Below are positions 39,151 through 48,835 of a stretch of 64,000 nt of DNA, in pieces. This stretch comes from Parcubacteria bacterium C7867-007 (GTDB lineage Bacteria; Patescibacteriota; Minisyncoccia; Phycocordibacterales; Phycocordibacteraceae). Both the position numbers and the translations under genes were made by a program. Below the pieces are notes generated by a model. That model was not told where the DNA came from. It did not search any database and worked only from the letters and a program-made list of their open reading frames with translations. How positions within the stretch are numbered: the first letter of the stretch is position 1; each line of letters starts with the position of its first letter. The DNA lies in contig LFCQ01000003.1 in assembly GCA_001189195.1 (NCBI GenBank), forward strand, positions 7,059 through 71,058. The letters are read 5' to 3'.

Positions 39151-39618
39151 ATGATGAAAGTGTTCGGTTTAGCTATGATTGTGGTTCTTGCCGTTGGCGC
39201 ACTTGCGTTCTGGGTACGCATGCAAACAGACCTACCCACAGTTTCTCTTCCAACAGTTGAATCGCTGGTTGAGGCAAAGCCAGTGATCCTCACCGCGAGT
39301 GTTGCAAATGCCATTAGTGAAAATGAAGATCAATATGTTGATCGTACAGGAATGATTCTTCTTGATACTGCAGGGGGAACCTCCGTACCTTATATTCAAT
39401 ACGCAACAGATAACGAGAAAGTTGCCACGAGACAACTAATATTCGCAGGAAGTCGTGGCTGTGCCGCCAATGCAGGTGATCTCCCTTGTGTGGCAGTGGA
39501 TCCTGATGCGGCGTACCCTCAGTACCCAACCGGCACCAATGTCCGAGTGCGGGGTATGCAGATGGCAGATCGTATTTTGGTGTATCAGATCGATGTCGTA
39601 ACACCAGCTGCGAATTAA
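39151..39618 (+). CDS. hypothetical membrane-anchored/secreted protein
   Basis: N-terminal hydrophobic anchor, 155 aa. Confidence 0.4.
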   Translation: MMKVFGLAMIVVLAVGALAFWVRMQTDLPTVSLPTVESLVEAKPVILTASVANAISENEDQYVDRTGMILLDTAGGTSVPYIQYATDNEKVATRQLIFAGSRGCAANAGDLPCVAVDPDAAYPQYPTGTNVRVRGMQMADRILVYQIDVVTPAAN

Positions 39619-39642
39619 ACCCTCAGGACGTATACTGATGCT

Positions 39643-40218
39643 ATGACGCGATTTGGATGGATGGTATTGGGGCTTGTATTGCTGGGTATCGCACTTATCG
39701 CAGCAGGCTGGTACTTGGTTCGTAACTACGCCACACAACAGAGTCCAGCACCTATCGCGACGTCCACTCCTCAAACTGATCTCACTGAGAGCTCCATATA
39801 TACGAATGGTACGTATGGATTCTCTATCATCTATCCAGCATCAGATAGTATTTCTGAATCCTTCACCCCGTGGCGCGCAGGAGCCGTAGCGAGTGGCACA
39901 CCGCTTGTATCAATCACTGATATAGAAGGGGTGGTACGAGTGGGTGCAAGTTCTGACCCTAAGGCAATTGATTCTTGTATTAAAACGGGGCAAGCAGAAA
40001 AAGTATTAGCAGACATGGCACTTGGCAGCAGCACGTTTAAAGTTTTCACACGTGATGAGGTGGGGACCGAAAATGAACGACGTATAACCAGCTACCGCAC
40101 TATTCATGAAAAGGCATGTGTGGCGATAGAGCTATTTCAGCCATTAATGGAGGGGGTACCTGCTACAAGTACTCGATTGAACGATATGTTGTTAAGTTTC
40201 TCGTTCGCGCGCCCATAG
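39643..40218 (+). CDS. hypothetical membrane-anchored protein
   Basis: N-terminal TM helix, 191 aa. Confidence 0.4.
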   Translation: MTRFGWMVLGLVLLGIALIAAGWYLVRNYATQQSPAPIATSTPQTDLTESSIYTNGTYGFSIIYPASDSISESFTPWRAGAVASGTPLVSITDIEGVVRVGASSDPKAIDSCIKTGQAEKVLADMALGSSTFKVFTRDEVGTENERRITSYRTIHEKACVAIELFQPLMEGVPATSTRLNDMLLSFSFARP

Positions 40219-40294
40219 CGCACCTTGGTCCATTGAATCTATTGATAGCAGAGGTACCATATATACACGCCTATCAGCACTAACCTTATTCTGT

Positions 40295-40630
40295 ATGATG
40301 CTCATCGTTCACTGGATTATCTCTGCAATTGCCATTGTTATCTCTGCGTACCTCATTCCAGGGGTGCAAGTCACCCTTGTGAGTGCTTTGGTTCTTGCGG
40401 TGGTACTTGGCATCATTAACACCTTCCTTAAGCCCGTTGTTAATTTGATTACTCTTCCAATTAACATCATTACGCTTGGACTGTTCTCATTGGTGATTAA
40501 TGCGCTGTTTATTCTTCTGGCTGCACAGGTTGTGCCAGACTTCTCCGTTACCGGCTTCTGGCCTGCATTCTTCTTTGCAATTGTGCTCTCACTGGTGAAT
40601 GCGGTGCTTGGTGCGATGAATCGCGACTAG
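40295..40630 (+). CDS. 4-TM small membrane protein of the phage-holin-IV / DUF360 (YvlD-like) type
   Basis: 111 aa with four hydrophobic helices and a pattern typical of that family (…WIISAIAIVISAYLIPGV…). Confidence 0.5.
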   Translation: MMLIVHWIISAIAIVISAYLIPGVQVTLVSALVLAVVLGIINTFLKPVVNLITLPINIITLGLFSLVINALFILLAAQVVPDFSVTGFWPAFFFAIVLSLVNAVLGAMNRD

Positions 40631-40650
40631 TTAGTATAGAAAAACGGATG

Positions 40651-40680
40651 GGGCTCAGGGGTGAACCCCTGAGCCCTTTT
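40651..40680. terminator. bidirectional rho-independent terminator
   Basis: gggctcagggg-tgaa-cccctgagccc followed by tttt. Confidence 0.6.
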
Positions 40681-40981
40681 CTGTATAGCCACCGTTTTCA
40701 AGTCTATTAACGACAGCGCTGACGTGTTTGTCGAGGTCATTCTTGTACTCTCGGATCTCGACTTCACCGCGTCGTGCGTACTGCCGGATCACATACCCCT
40801 CGCGAAGTTCTCCCGGCAGCAACTGCAGAATGAAGCCGTTCAGGTTAAGGCAGCGATGCAATTTGTCTTTTGGAATGTACCACTGCGTACAGAGCCACCA
40901 GACTAAGCACACCGCCCCGATGACAAACTCAAGGAATCCCATGAGCGCCATATACAAACGAGTACCCATTTCAACCTCCAA
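40655..40981 (-). CDS. hypothetical small membrane protein
   Basis: 108 aa with an N-terminal TM segment. Its 3' end overlaps the terminator hairpin. Confidence 0.3.
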   Translation of the reverse strand: MEVEMGTRLYMALMGFLEFVIGAVCLVWWLCTQWYIPKDKLHRCLNLNGFILQLLPGELREGYVIRQYARRGEVEIREYKNDLDKHVSAVVNRLENGGYTEKGSGVHP

Positions 40982-41080
40982 AGATCAGATTTAGAGAAAG
41001 CATGTGTTTCAAGATCGATTGTCAATATATTCAACGCATAACTAATCGCGAAGGGCAAAGCGTGTCGTATACTTATCGTA

Positions 41081-43831
41081 ATGGCACTGGAAGGACCAGC
41101 GCGACCAATACGGTCGCCAGAAGAAGAACTTGCATACCTGCGTGCAGAAGTGCTCGCAAAGGAACAAGAACTTGCTTCACTGCGCGTGGATAAACCACGT
41201 GAGACTGTCATACATGAACGCATTCTGCACCATGCAGAACAGCCGGGACACCAGGTACTTGATTCGAAGTACCAGATGAAGCAGGAGGAGAAGCACGAGC
41301 TTGCACTTAACCTTGAGCCTCGGGCTGATGATGAGACCATGGAGGAACTCCGAAAGATTATCGAGACAAAAGGCATTCATAATGCGTTCGGTGTACTTGA
41401 GAAGCTTAAAAACCCGCACCTAGAAGATGATTTCCATCGGTTCCTTGTGCAGTATCTTCTTGCAGGTATGCCACTTGGCATGAATGAGAAGCAGCCAGAG
41501 TGGAAAGGTCTCCATATGACGCTGTATGAAGTCTCCTTGCCTGAGGCAAACGCTGATGATGAATCACGGAGGAAATCTCTTAAGGAATTGATATCTGCTA
41601 TGGAGCAGTTCTATTCCGGTATGCTTGCAACAGAGCATGCGGTTGCAGGAGAGCCTGCACACTTCACGCTTGAACTAGCTGTACCGGTAAACAAAGCTCA
41701 TTTGATGTTTTATGCCGCTGTTCCAAACACCAAGCGTGATTTGTTTGAGAAACAACTGCTCGCCATCTTCCCAAGTGCACACATCGCTCCACAACCAAAC
41801 GACTACAACATCTTCACGAATGGTGGTGCATCATTTGGTTCGGTAGCGGCACTAGGAAGGCCGGGTATGCTTCCTTTAAAGGATTACGGAGACTTTGATT
41901 ATGATCCAATCAATTCGATCCTAAACGCCTTTGCAAAGATTGCCCCTGAAGGTGAGGGTGCATCACTGCAAATCGTTATTGCGCCACAAGGAGATAGATT
42001 CATAAAACACTACAGGAAGGTATTGAGTGCACTTCGTAGCGGAGAGACGAGTCATACCGCCTTTCATCTTCCCGAGTCTTTCTTGGGAGAAGCAGCACGC
42101 GATATCACTAAGACTTTTTTCAGCAAACAGAAGACAGAGGATGACTCTCAAGAGAAGGCACGACAAATTGAATCTAATAAAGGAGAAATTGAGCATGTTG
42201 AGCGAAAGCTAGCGGCACAAATAGTCGCTACCAATATGAGATTGGTAGTTTCCTCAATGGATGGAAATAGAGCTGAACAGATATTGGGTGAGCTCGAGTC
42301 TGCGTTCCATCAGTTTGAGAACCCAACGAGTAACCGGATTGAATGGAAACGAGTGTCGCGTAACACCCAGCGTACCCTCTTTCATGACTTCACCTTTCGC
42401 ACCTTTGAAAAGGGCAGTGAAGTACCTCTTTCAATTAAGGAGCTCACCACCATCTTCCATTTCCCTCCTTCAGGTATTGCATCATCTCCGCATCTAAAGC
42501 AATCTCGCTTCACCGCAGCAGCTGCTCCACTAGAACTTCCTCATGAAGGTATTCAACTTGGTACTAATACGTATCGTGGGCAAGACACGGATGTGTTGCT
42601 GGCACCCGAAGATCGTCTCCGTCATTTGTATGTGATCGGACAAACTGGTACCGGTAAGACATCATTTATGAAAACGCTCATTGAGCAGGACATAAAAGCG
42701 GGGAATGGTGTTTGTTTCATTGATCCCCATGGCAATGACATTCTTGATGTGCTGGCATGCGTGCCTCCTGAGCGATATGAGGATGTTATATACTTTGACC
42801 CCGCATATCTTGATCGCCCTTTTGGTCTCAATCTCCTGGAATACGATCCTGCATTCCCTGAACAGAAGACATTCATAGTTAACGAGCTCCTTGCAATCTT
42901 CCGTCGTTTGTATGGAGATGTACCTGAATCCATGGGCCCTGCCTTTGAACAGTATTTCCGCAACGCAACATTGCTCGTGATGGAAGACCCTGCTTCAGGT
43001 TCAACTCTCATGGATATTGGTCGGGTGCTTTCAAATAAAGACTTTAGAGATCTAAAACTATCTCGGAGCATGAATCCGGTAGTGAATCAGTTCTGGAATG
43101 AAATAGCCTCACAGGCTGAAGGTGAGGCATCACTTGCAAACATTGTGCCGTACATCACAAACAAGTTTGATGACTTCACCGCGAATGATTTCATGCGTCC
43201 TATCATTGGCCAACAAGAATCATCCTTCAACTTCCGGGACATCATGGACAAGAGAAAGATTCTTCTGGTGAATCTTTCTAAGGGTCGTTTGGGTGAACGG
43301 AATGCAAACCTCATTGGTTTGATCATGGTGGGCAAACTCTTTATGGCGGCACTTTCTCGTGCAGATGATCCACGGGCAGTGTTCCCTCCGTTCTATGTGT
43401 ATATAGATGAATTCCAAAACATAACCACAGACTCAATTCCCGCTATCCTCTCTGAAGCACGCAAATACAAGCTTTCCATGACCATGGCACACCAGTTCTT
43501 GGCACAGGTTGATGAAAAGACTCGTGATGCAGTATTCGGGAACGTGGGATCCATGGCTGTGTTCCGAGTTGGCCAGGAGGATGGAGAATTCTTTGCAAAA
43601 CAATTTGCACCCACGTTCTCTGCGCCAGACTTCATTAACATTGAAAACTACAACGCATACGTGCGTATGCTTGCAAATGGTGTTCCTCAAAAGCCATTCA
43701 ACATCCACTCACTAAAGCCCGTTGAAGGAAATCAAAATCAGATTGATGACTTACGAGAACTTTCATACCTCACGTATGGACGTGATCGTGCTACTGTTGA
43801 GGGAGCAATTAGAGCAAAATATCTTTCGTAA
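41081..43831 (+). CDS. FtsK/HerA-superfamily ATPase of type-IV-secretion type (VirB4/TraC/TrbE-like or VirD4/TraD-like); no N-terminal TM helices
   Basis: 916 aa with a mid-protein Walker A (LYVIGQTGTGKTSFMKTL) followed by CFIDPHGNDIL. Walker B/C-terminal block YVYIDEFQNITT…EARKYKLSMTMAHQFLAQV…AVFGNVGSMAVFRVG, as in T4SS ATPases. Confidence 0.6.
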   Translation: MALEGPARPIRSPEEELAYLRAEVLAKEQELASLRVDKPRETVIHERILHHAEQPGHQVLDSKYQMKQEEKHELALNLEPRADDETMEELRKIIETKGIHNAFGVLEKLKNPHLEDDFHRFLVQYLLAGMPLGMNEKQPEWKGLHMTLYEVSLPEANADDESRRKSLKELISAMEQFYSGMLATEHAVAGEPAHFTLELAVPVNKAHLMFYAAVPNTKRDLFEKQLLAIFPSAHIAPQPNDYNIFTNGGASFGSVAALGRPGMLPLKDYGDFDYDPINSILNAFAKIAPEGEGASLQIVIAPQGDRFIKHYRKVLSALRSGETSHTAFHLPESFLGEAARDITKTFFSKQKTEDDSQEKARQIESNKGEIEHVERKLAAQIVATNMRLVVSSMDGNRAEQILGELESAFHQFENPTSNRIEWKRVSRNTQRTLFHDFTFRTFEKGSEVPLSIKELTTIFHFPPSGIASSPHLKQSRFTAAAAPLELPHEGIQLGTNTYRGQDTDVLLAPEDRLRHLYVIGQTGTGKTSFMKTLIEQDIKAGNGVCFIDPHGNDILDVLACVPPERYEDVIYFDPAYLDRPFGLNLLEYDPAFPEQKTFIVNELLAIFRRLYGDVPESMGPAFEQYFRNATLLVMEDPASGSTLMDIGRVLSNKDFRDLKLSRSMNPVVNQFWNEIASQAEGEASLANIVPYITNKFDDFTANDFMRPIIGQQESSFNFRDIMDKRKILLVNLSKGRLGERNANLIGLIMVGKLFMAALSRADDPRAVFPPFYVYIDEFQNITTDSIPAILSEARKYKLSMTMAHQFLAQVDEKTRDAVFGNVGSMAVFRVGQEDGEFFAKQFAPTFSAPDFINIENYNAYVRMLANGVPQKPFNIHSLKPVEGNQNQIDDLRELSYLTYGRDRATVEGAIRAKYLS

Positions 43832-43841
43832 CAATTGATGT

Positions 43842-45836
43842 ATGTCTGAATGGCCTCCAAATAGAACACCAACACAGAAGGAAGAGGTACCTGAAACTGT
43901 TGAAGTTGAACAGGTATCACGAACCCACAATGAACATGTTGATACGCATACGGAATCTGCAGAAGTCTTTCAAGCAGCAAACGAAGATTTCGAACACGAA
44001 GCACAACTCCTAGAGAAAGGTGCCACTGATCAATATATGGAAATCGCAGCTCATATTCGAGCTGCAGGTGTTGAGCCTAATGATATTAAGGATGCATGGG
44101 GTCCAGCATACAGTCTCCTAACACGTATGCGCGGAGCCGCTCATTCCTATGGAACTGCAAAAACAAGCGCAGATCGGAAGAAGTTGTTGAAGCTATACAA
44201 CAAGCTAGAAAATGAACTTCTCACTGATATTGCACCAAAAACAAAGGCTGCAACTGAAGCATGGTTAGAGAATCATGAGCCAAAGGAAGTATCACCAGAT
44301 GCTGGGTTGGAGGAACTAGGTGATCTTGAACATGTTGAGACTCCATCTGAGATTGTGACTGAACCAGAGGTTCAAGAAACAGATGGACCTTCTCCTGATA
44401 CCAGTAACGGAGTTAAGGGTATTGATAGTGATGCAGATGAGCCAATCACTATGCTCAACCCAGCGCTTAATAAGTTGTTTGAGGGCAAGCAGAAGAAGCC
44501 CAAAGCTCGTACTCCGCGTGTAAAACCACTTGTATTCAGTGAGCCTGAACCATGGATGACGACATACAAAGGAGGTACAGACAGTATTCCTGAGACCCAC
44601 GCCGAACAGAAGGCCGCATTGCGTCGTAGTGTAGAGGAAATCCAGAAGGACCTAGATACTAAGCAGGCAATTCTAAAAGCCTTTTACGCAAATGCTGCAA
44701 AGACTGAAGGTATCAAAGAAACCAAACGCTTCCAGGAACATAATGGTGGGAAGGTTGAGGACAGTCTTGAAAAGAAGATTGTTGATACCGAAGCAGAGGT
44801 TATCAAGCTTGAGAAAGAGCGAGCTGAAGCAGCTGCAGCTCCACACATGGAAACTGCAGTAGCTGCTGCAGAGATCGCCAGCGATGTTGTTGCAGATCAG
44901 TCGGAGCAGGAAGTGAATGATAGTAACGTGTTTGAGCTAGCAGACGCACGAGACGCACGTATGAAAGCGCGTCAGCAGAGTATCGTAAAGAAGCATGGCA
45001 AGGGAATGGTAGGTGCTCTGGGTGCACTCGTTGTTTCATTCTTCGGATTCTCCTCAACAGAGAAAAGTACTGCAGCGGAGAATGCCGAGAACACTGCACG
45101 ATTTACTTCAACGGGGGCAGTACAAGAGCAAAAGGCAGAGGGTGAAAGAATCTTGGCAGGCGGAAAACCAAAACCAGTAGTGATTCCTTCCTCGAGAAAG
45201 ACACGTGTCACACAATCTGAGGTTGATACTCCAGAGATTGATCGCACCAGTGATATTGAATTGATCAATAGGGAACAATTAAAGGTAGACAGACCCCTAG
45301 AGGAACACGGTCTCCCAGTAGGCACCGATGCAAGGATTAGTGACTTCTTGAAGGAGATTAAAGAAAGAGATGCGCGCCCAACAGTATTAACCTCAGTCTC
45401 TGAATCAACTGTTTCCGATGGGGCACCAGAATTAAAGTCAGGTCCGGAATCTGTATCCGACCTTGCAGAAATGAATGTAGGTATTCTTGATGAAAAGAAA
45501 GTCTATACCAATAGACACGGAGAAACTATTGATCTGAGTGTTCCTAAGCAGTACGCATGGCGTATGCCTGGAAGCAAGGAGACATTCCCTGTGGTAGATG
45601 GAGGTACTCAAGAAGAACGTGAAGCATGGGCAGATGAGTTTTTAAACAACAACCCAGGCTTTGAATACATACTAGTTCCAACACGTAACCAAGTATCAGG
45701 AGAGGTGGAGTTGCGAATGCGAACCCGGGAGAAGAATGTTAGTTCAGGGCTGGTTGGTCCCGTGTGGCTTAAGAACACAGGATCCGAGCTTCCTGTACCA
45801 AGCCCTGAAGATTATGTGCGTCGCCCTGGGACCTAG
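43842..45836 (+). CDS. large acidic, predicted disordered protein with one central TM helix; 10 bp downstream of the ATPase
   Basis: 664 aa, Glu/Asp/Lys-rich, with a single hydrophobic segment (GMVGALGALVVSFFGF). Confidence 0.5.
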   Translation: MSEWPPNRTPTQKEEVPETVEVEQVSRTHNEHVDTHTESAEVFQAANEDFEHEAQLLEKGATDQYMEIAAHIRAAGVEPNDIKDAWGPAYSLLTRMRGAAHSYGTAKTSADRKKLLKLYNKLENELLTDIAPKTKAATEAWLENHEPKEVSPDAGLEELGDLEHVETPSEIVTEPEVQETDGPSPDTSNGVKGIDSDADEPITMLNPALNKLFEGKQKKPKARTPRVKPLVFSEPEPWMTTYKGGTDSIPETHAEQKAALRRSVEEIQKDLDTKQAILKAFYANAAKTEGIKETKRFQEHNGGKVEDSLEKKIVDTEAEVIKLEKERAEAAAAPHMETAVAAAEIASDVVADQSEQEVNDSNVFELADARDARMKARQQSIVKKHGKGMVGALGALVVSFFGFSSTEKSTAAENAENTARFTSTGAVQEQKAEGERILAGGKPKPVVIPSSRKTRVTQSEVDTPEIDRTSDIELINREQLKVDRPLEEHGLPVGTDARISDFLKEIKERDARPTVLTSVSESTVSDGAPELKSGPESVSDLAEMNVGILDEKKVYTNRHGETIDLSVPKQYAWRMPGSKETFPVVDGGTQEEREAWADEFLNNNPGFEYILVPTRNQVSGEVELRMRTREKNVSSGLVGPVWLKNTGSELPVPSPEDYVRRPGT

Positions 45837-45891
45837 GCACTGGTTTGTGCAGTGATATACTAATCCCACTAACAGCTAATAACCGTTTCGT

Positions 45892-46422
45892 ATGCAAGTT
45901 ACTTCTACTGGTATCGCTGTGGCCCTTGCGGTCGTTGTGGCACTCGGGCTTCTTTTCTTTGGGCCTAGCGTGTTTGCTCCGTTCTCTTCAGAACCAGCGG
46001 CAACAGAGATGGAAATGATGCAGATGGCAACAACTACCGAATCCATGGATATAAATAATGAAGCAATGGGTGCATCAGCAGCAAATGCACTGCCAACTCA
46101 ATTCACCGTAACTGACGTTGTTGTTGGTACCGGTGCAGAGGCAACTGCAGGAAAAACAGTAACCGTTAACTATGTTGGAATGCTTCCAGACGGTACGGTC
46201 TTCGATGCGTCTGCAAATCATGGCACCACAGGTTTCAGCTTTCCTCTCGGTGCAGGTCGCGTCATTAAGGGATGGGATCAGGGTGTTGCGGGTATGAAAG
46301 TGGGTGGCAAGCGTCATCTCGTGATTCCTCCAGAGCTAGCCTATGGAAATCAGGCAGTGGGTGGAGTTATTCCTGCGAATGCAACACTCGTATTTGATGT
46401 TGAATTGGTTAACGTTCAGTAA
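45892..46422 (+). CDS. FKBP-type peptidyl-prolyl cis-trans isomerase (secreted)
   Basis: Signal peptide plus FKBP domain (…GWDQGVAGMKVGGKRHLVIPPELAYG…). Confidence 0.8.
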   Translation: MQVTSTGIAVALAVVVALGLLFFGPSVFAPFSSEPAATEMEMMQMATTTESMDINNEAMGASAANALPTQFTVTDVVVGTGAEATAGKTVTVNYVGMLPDGTVFDASANHGTTGFSFPLGAGRVIKGWDQGVAGMKVGGKRHLVIPPELAYGNQAVGGVIPANATLVFDVELVNVQ

Positions 46423-46438
46423 GAAAAGATAAGAAGAA

Positions 46439-46476
46439 GGACCCGGCACGAATGTGCGCCGGGTCCTTTTTGTTTG
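46439..46476 (+). terminator. rho-independent terminator after the FKBP gene
   Basis: ggacccggc…gccgggtcc hairpin followed by tttttgttt. Confidence 0.65.
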
Positions 46477-46491
46477 GTCGACCGAAACGAC

Positions 46492-47094
46492 CTAGTCAGG
46501 AGTTGTCGCAGCAGCCGTAGCCGGTGCGACCTTGATCCTGCCATTGGCTCCAGGAGCCTTCCCGCCGGTCACGACGAGGACGATCGCGCCAGGGAATTCC
46601 CCAGCGACGCGGTCCATCTTCTCTTTGGTGCAGGTGCCTTTGGCAGCACCTGCCGAGTTGGCCCCGGTCATGGCGCCAGCGACAACGCCGTTGGCGCCGC
46701 CAGCGACTGCGCCGTAGCCGCCGTATCCAGTGGCCGTCTTGGAGACGTACTTGACGCCGCCCTCGAGGCCCAAGCCACCGGAGACGGCGTATAGGCCGGC
46801 TCCATAGGCGCTGGATTGCAGCAGTCCGGCGACCTGTTGGTCGACGTCCTTGCTGCAGGTCACCGAATAGCGGACGGCGGTGTCGTACGCCAACTTCGGA
46901 ACGAGACGTTCCGGGTTCGCATTCGAACCGACCTTGCAGGTTCCGGTGACGAGGTCGCAGTCCTCGTGGCCGACGATGGCGTTTTGCGCCAGCGGGGCTT
47001 GCGAGTATCCTGCGAGCGGTGAGGTGGCGCAGGCCCCCACGGTCAGGGAGACCATGATCACCAGTGCCGTTGACATGATACGCATGTGGATCAC
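46492..47094 (-). CDS. lipoprotein with glycine-zipper (17-kDa-antigen/Gly-zipper_2TM-like) region, in a high-GC islet
   Basis: Signal peptide with lipobox-like LTVGAC. Gly/Ala-rich GxxxG repeats (YGAVAGGANGVVAGAMTGANSAGAA). The gene is >60% GC, against ~50% in its neighbours. Confidence 0.5.
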   Translation of the reverse strand: MIHMRIMSTALVIMVSLTVGACATSPLAGYSQAPLAQNAIVGHEDCDLVTGTCKVGSNANPERLVPKLAYDTAVRYSVTCSKDVDQQVAGLLQSSAYGAGLYAVSGGLGLEGGVKYVSKTATGYGGYGAVAGGANGVVAGAMTGANSAGAAKGTCTKEKMDRVAGEFPGAIVLVVTGGKAPGANGRIKVAPATAAATTPD

Positions 47095-47233
47095 TCCAGG
47101 TTGGTTGTTTCGATTGAAATTTGTTAGAGCAACGCCCTCTGGGTATATTTATATCACACTAAAAAGAGTATTGTCAAGGCCTTGTATAAGGCCGTAGCTT
47201 GCGTAAATAGCAAGGCACGGATACGGTAGGAGT

Positions 47234-48454
47234 ATGAGTTCCCTTAGGTTTTCTATAACTTCCCGTGAGGGTATGGCACGTGCAGGTACCCTTGGTACCC
47301 CGCACGGTGAGATCCAGACCCCTGCATTTGTGCCGGTGGGTACAAAGGCGGGTGTGAAAGGCATACTACCGAGCATTCTTGAATCACTTGGAGCACAGGT
47401 GGTTCTTGCAAATACATACCACCTATACCTTCAACCGGGAGAACAGATAGTTAAGGATGCAGGGGGTCTTGGTACCTTTATGGACTGGAAAGGTCCCACC
47501 ATGACTGATTCTGGTGGCTTCCAAGTCTTTTCACTGGGTGCTGCTTTTGGTCGTACTATTACGAAGATTGCAAAAGGTGAGGAACTTCCTCGAGATCAAG
47601 GGATGGCTGTGTATGACCAAGAAGTACAGAGCCAACACGGACAACTGGCAGTCATAGATGATCAGGGAGTAACCTTCACCTCGCATCATGATGGATCACT
47701 CCATCGTTTCACCCCAGAACGATCTATTGAAATTCAGCATGCTCTTGGCGCAGACATGTTCTTTGCCTTTGATGAATGCACTGCACCAACAGAACCGTAT
47801 GAGTACCAGAAGGAAGCGATGGAGCGCACTCATCGTTGGGCACTTCGTTCCATCAAGGCACATCGTCAGAACATAGAAGCTAGTCGCACGCAGGCAATCT
47901 TCGGTATTGTGCAGGGAGGTCGTCATACTGATCTCCGAAAGGAAAGTGCAAAGGAGATTGCCTCACTGGGCTTTGATGGTATTGGCATCGGTGGTTCCTT
48001 TAGCAAGGAAGATATGCGGGGAGCACTCCAAGCAGCTATTCCTGAACTTCCTGATGAGCTACCACGCCATTTCCTCGGTATCGGTGAGCCAGGTGACGTA
48101 CTAACAGGTATTGCAGAAGGTATGGATCTCTTTGATTGTGTTGCGGCAACACGGCTTGGACGACATGGCACTATTTATACGAAACGTGGTCCGATAACCC
48201 TCACAAATGAGAAGCATCGAACAGAATTCATGCCTCTTGATCCAGAAACTCTAGTGCCTGGCACAGAAGGGTTCACTCGTGCGTATGTATCGCATCAGCT
48301 CCGGAGTCACGAACTGCTGGGACAAATCATTGCTTCAATGCACAATCTTGGATTCATTATCCAATTGGTTGATGGGGCACGGGAGGCAATACATGAGGGG
48401 CGGTTCGCGACATACCGCGAAGACTTCATCAGGAATTACTACGGCACTGTATAG
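47234..48454 (+). CDS. tgt: queuine tRNA-ribosyltransferase (Tgt), variant lacking the canonical CxCxxC…H zinc site
   Basis: Has DSGGFQVFSLG and GMDLFDCVAATR (catalytic Asp region). The segment where bacterial Tgt carries the zinc-binding Cys motif reads LVPGTEGFTRAYVSHQL, with no Cys. Confidence 0.8.
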   Translation: MSSLRFSITSREGMARAGTLGTPHGEIQTPAFVPVGTKAGVKGILPSILESLGAQVVLANTYHLYLQPGEQIVKDAGGLGTFMDWKGPTMTDSGGFQVFSLGAAFGRTITKIAKGEELPRDQGMAVYDQEVQSQHGQLAVIDDQGVTFTSHHDGSLHRFTPERSIEIQHALGADMFFAFDECTAPTEPYEYQKEAMERTHRWALRSIKAHRQNIEASRTQAIFGIVQGGRHTDLRKESAKEIASLGFDGIGIGGSFSKEDMRGALQAAIPELPDELPRHFLGIGEPGDVLTGIAEGMDLFDCVAATRLGRHGTIYTKRGPITLTNEKHRTEFMPLDPETLVPGTEGFTRAYVSHQLRSHELLGQIIASMHNLGFIIQLVDGAREAIHEGRFATYREDFIRNYYGTV

Positions 48455-48486
48455 ACGCGTGAAGGACCGATCTCATGGATCGGCCC

Positions 48487-48786
48487 TTACTTGATTCGCC
48501 AGAAGCGCATTCTGCCCCCACACACTTGGGATTCTATCTCATGATACCTTGCAGCGTGGTAGCACTGCTCATTTAATGTTTCTCGTTCAACGTCGCTTGA
48601 AACTTCTGGAGAATGGAAATGAGTCCAAATAATTCTAAGCATCATCTCTTCAAATGAAGTACCTGGCCATCCCATAGAAACGGGACGACTGACGCATATC
48701 AAATACCTACGTATATTTGGGTACTGCGCCAATTCCTCCCTAAACGCCTCCAGCAGTCCAAGTGCAATACTTGCATGTATCATCAT
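48487..48786 (-). CDS. hypothetical protein
   Basis: 99-aa ORF. No motif recognised. Confidence 0.3.
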   Translation of the reverse strand: MMIHASIALGLLEAFREELAQYPNIRRYLICVSRPVSMGWPGTSFEEMMLRIIWTHFHSPEVSSDVERETLNEQCYHAARYHEIESQVCGGRMRFWRIK

Positions 48787-48835
48787 GTGTCACCTCGTGC
48801 ACTGATTCCTAAATAACTATACAATTGAGACATCT

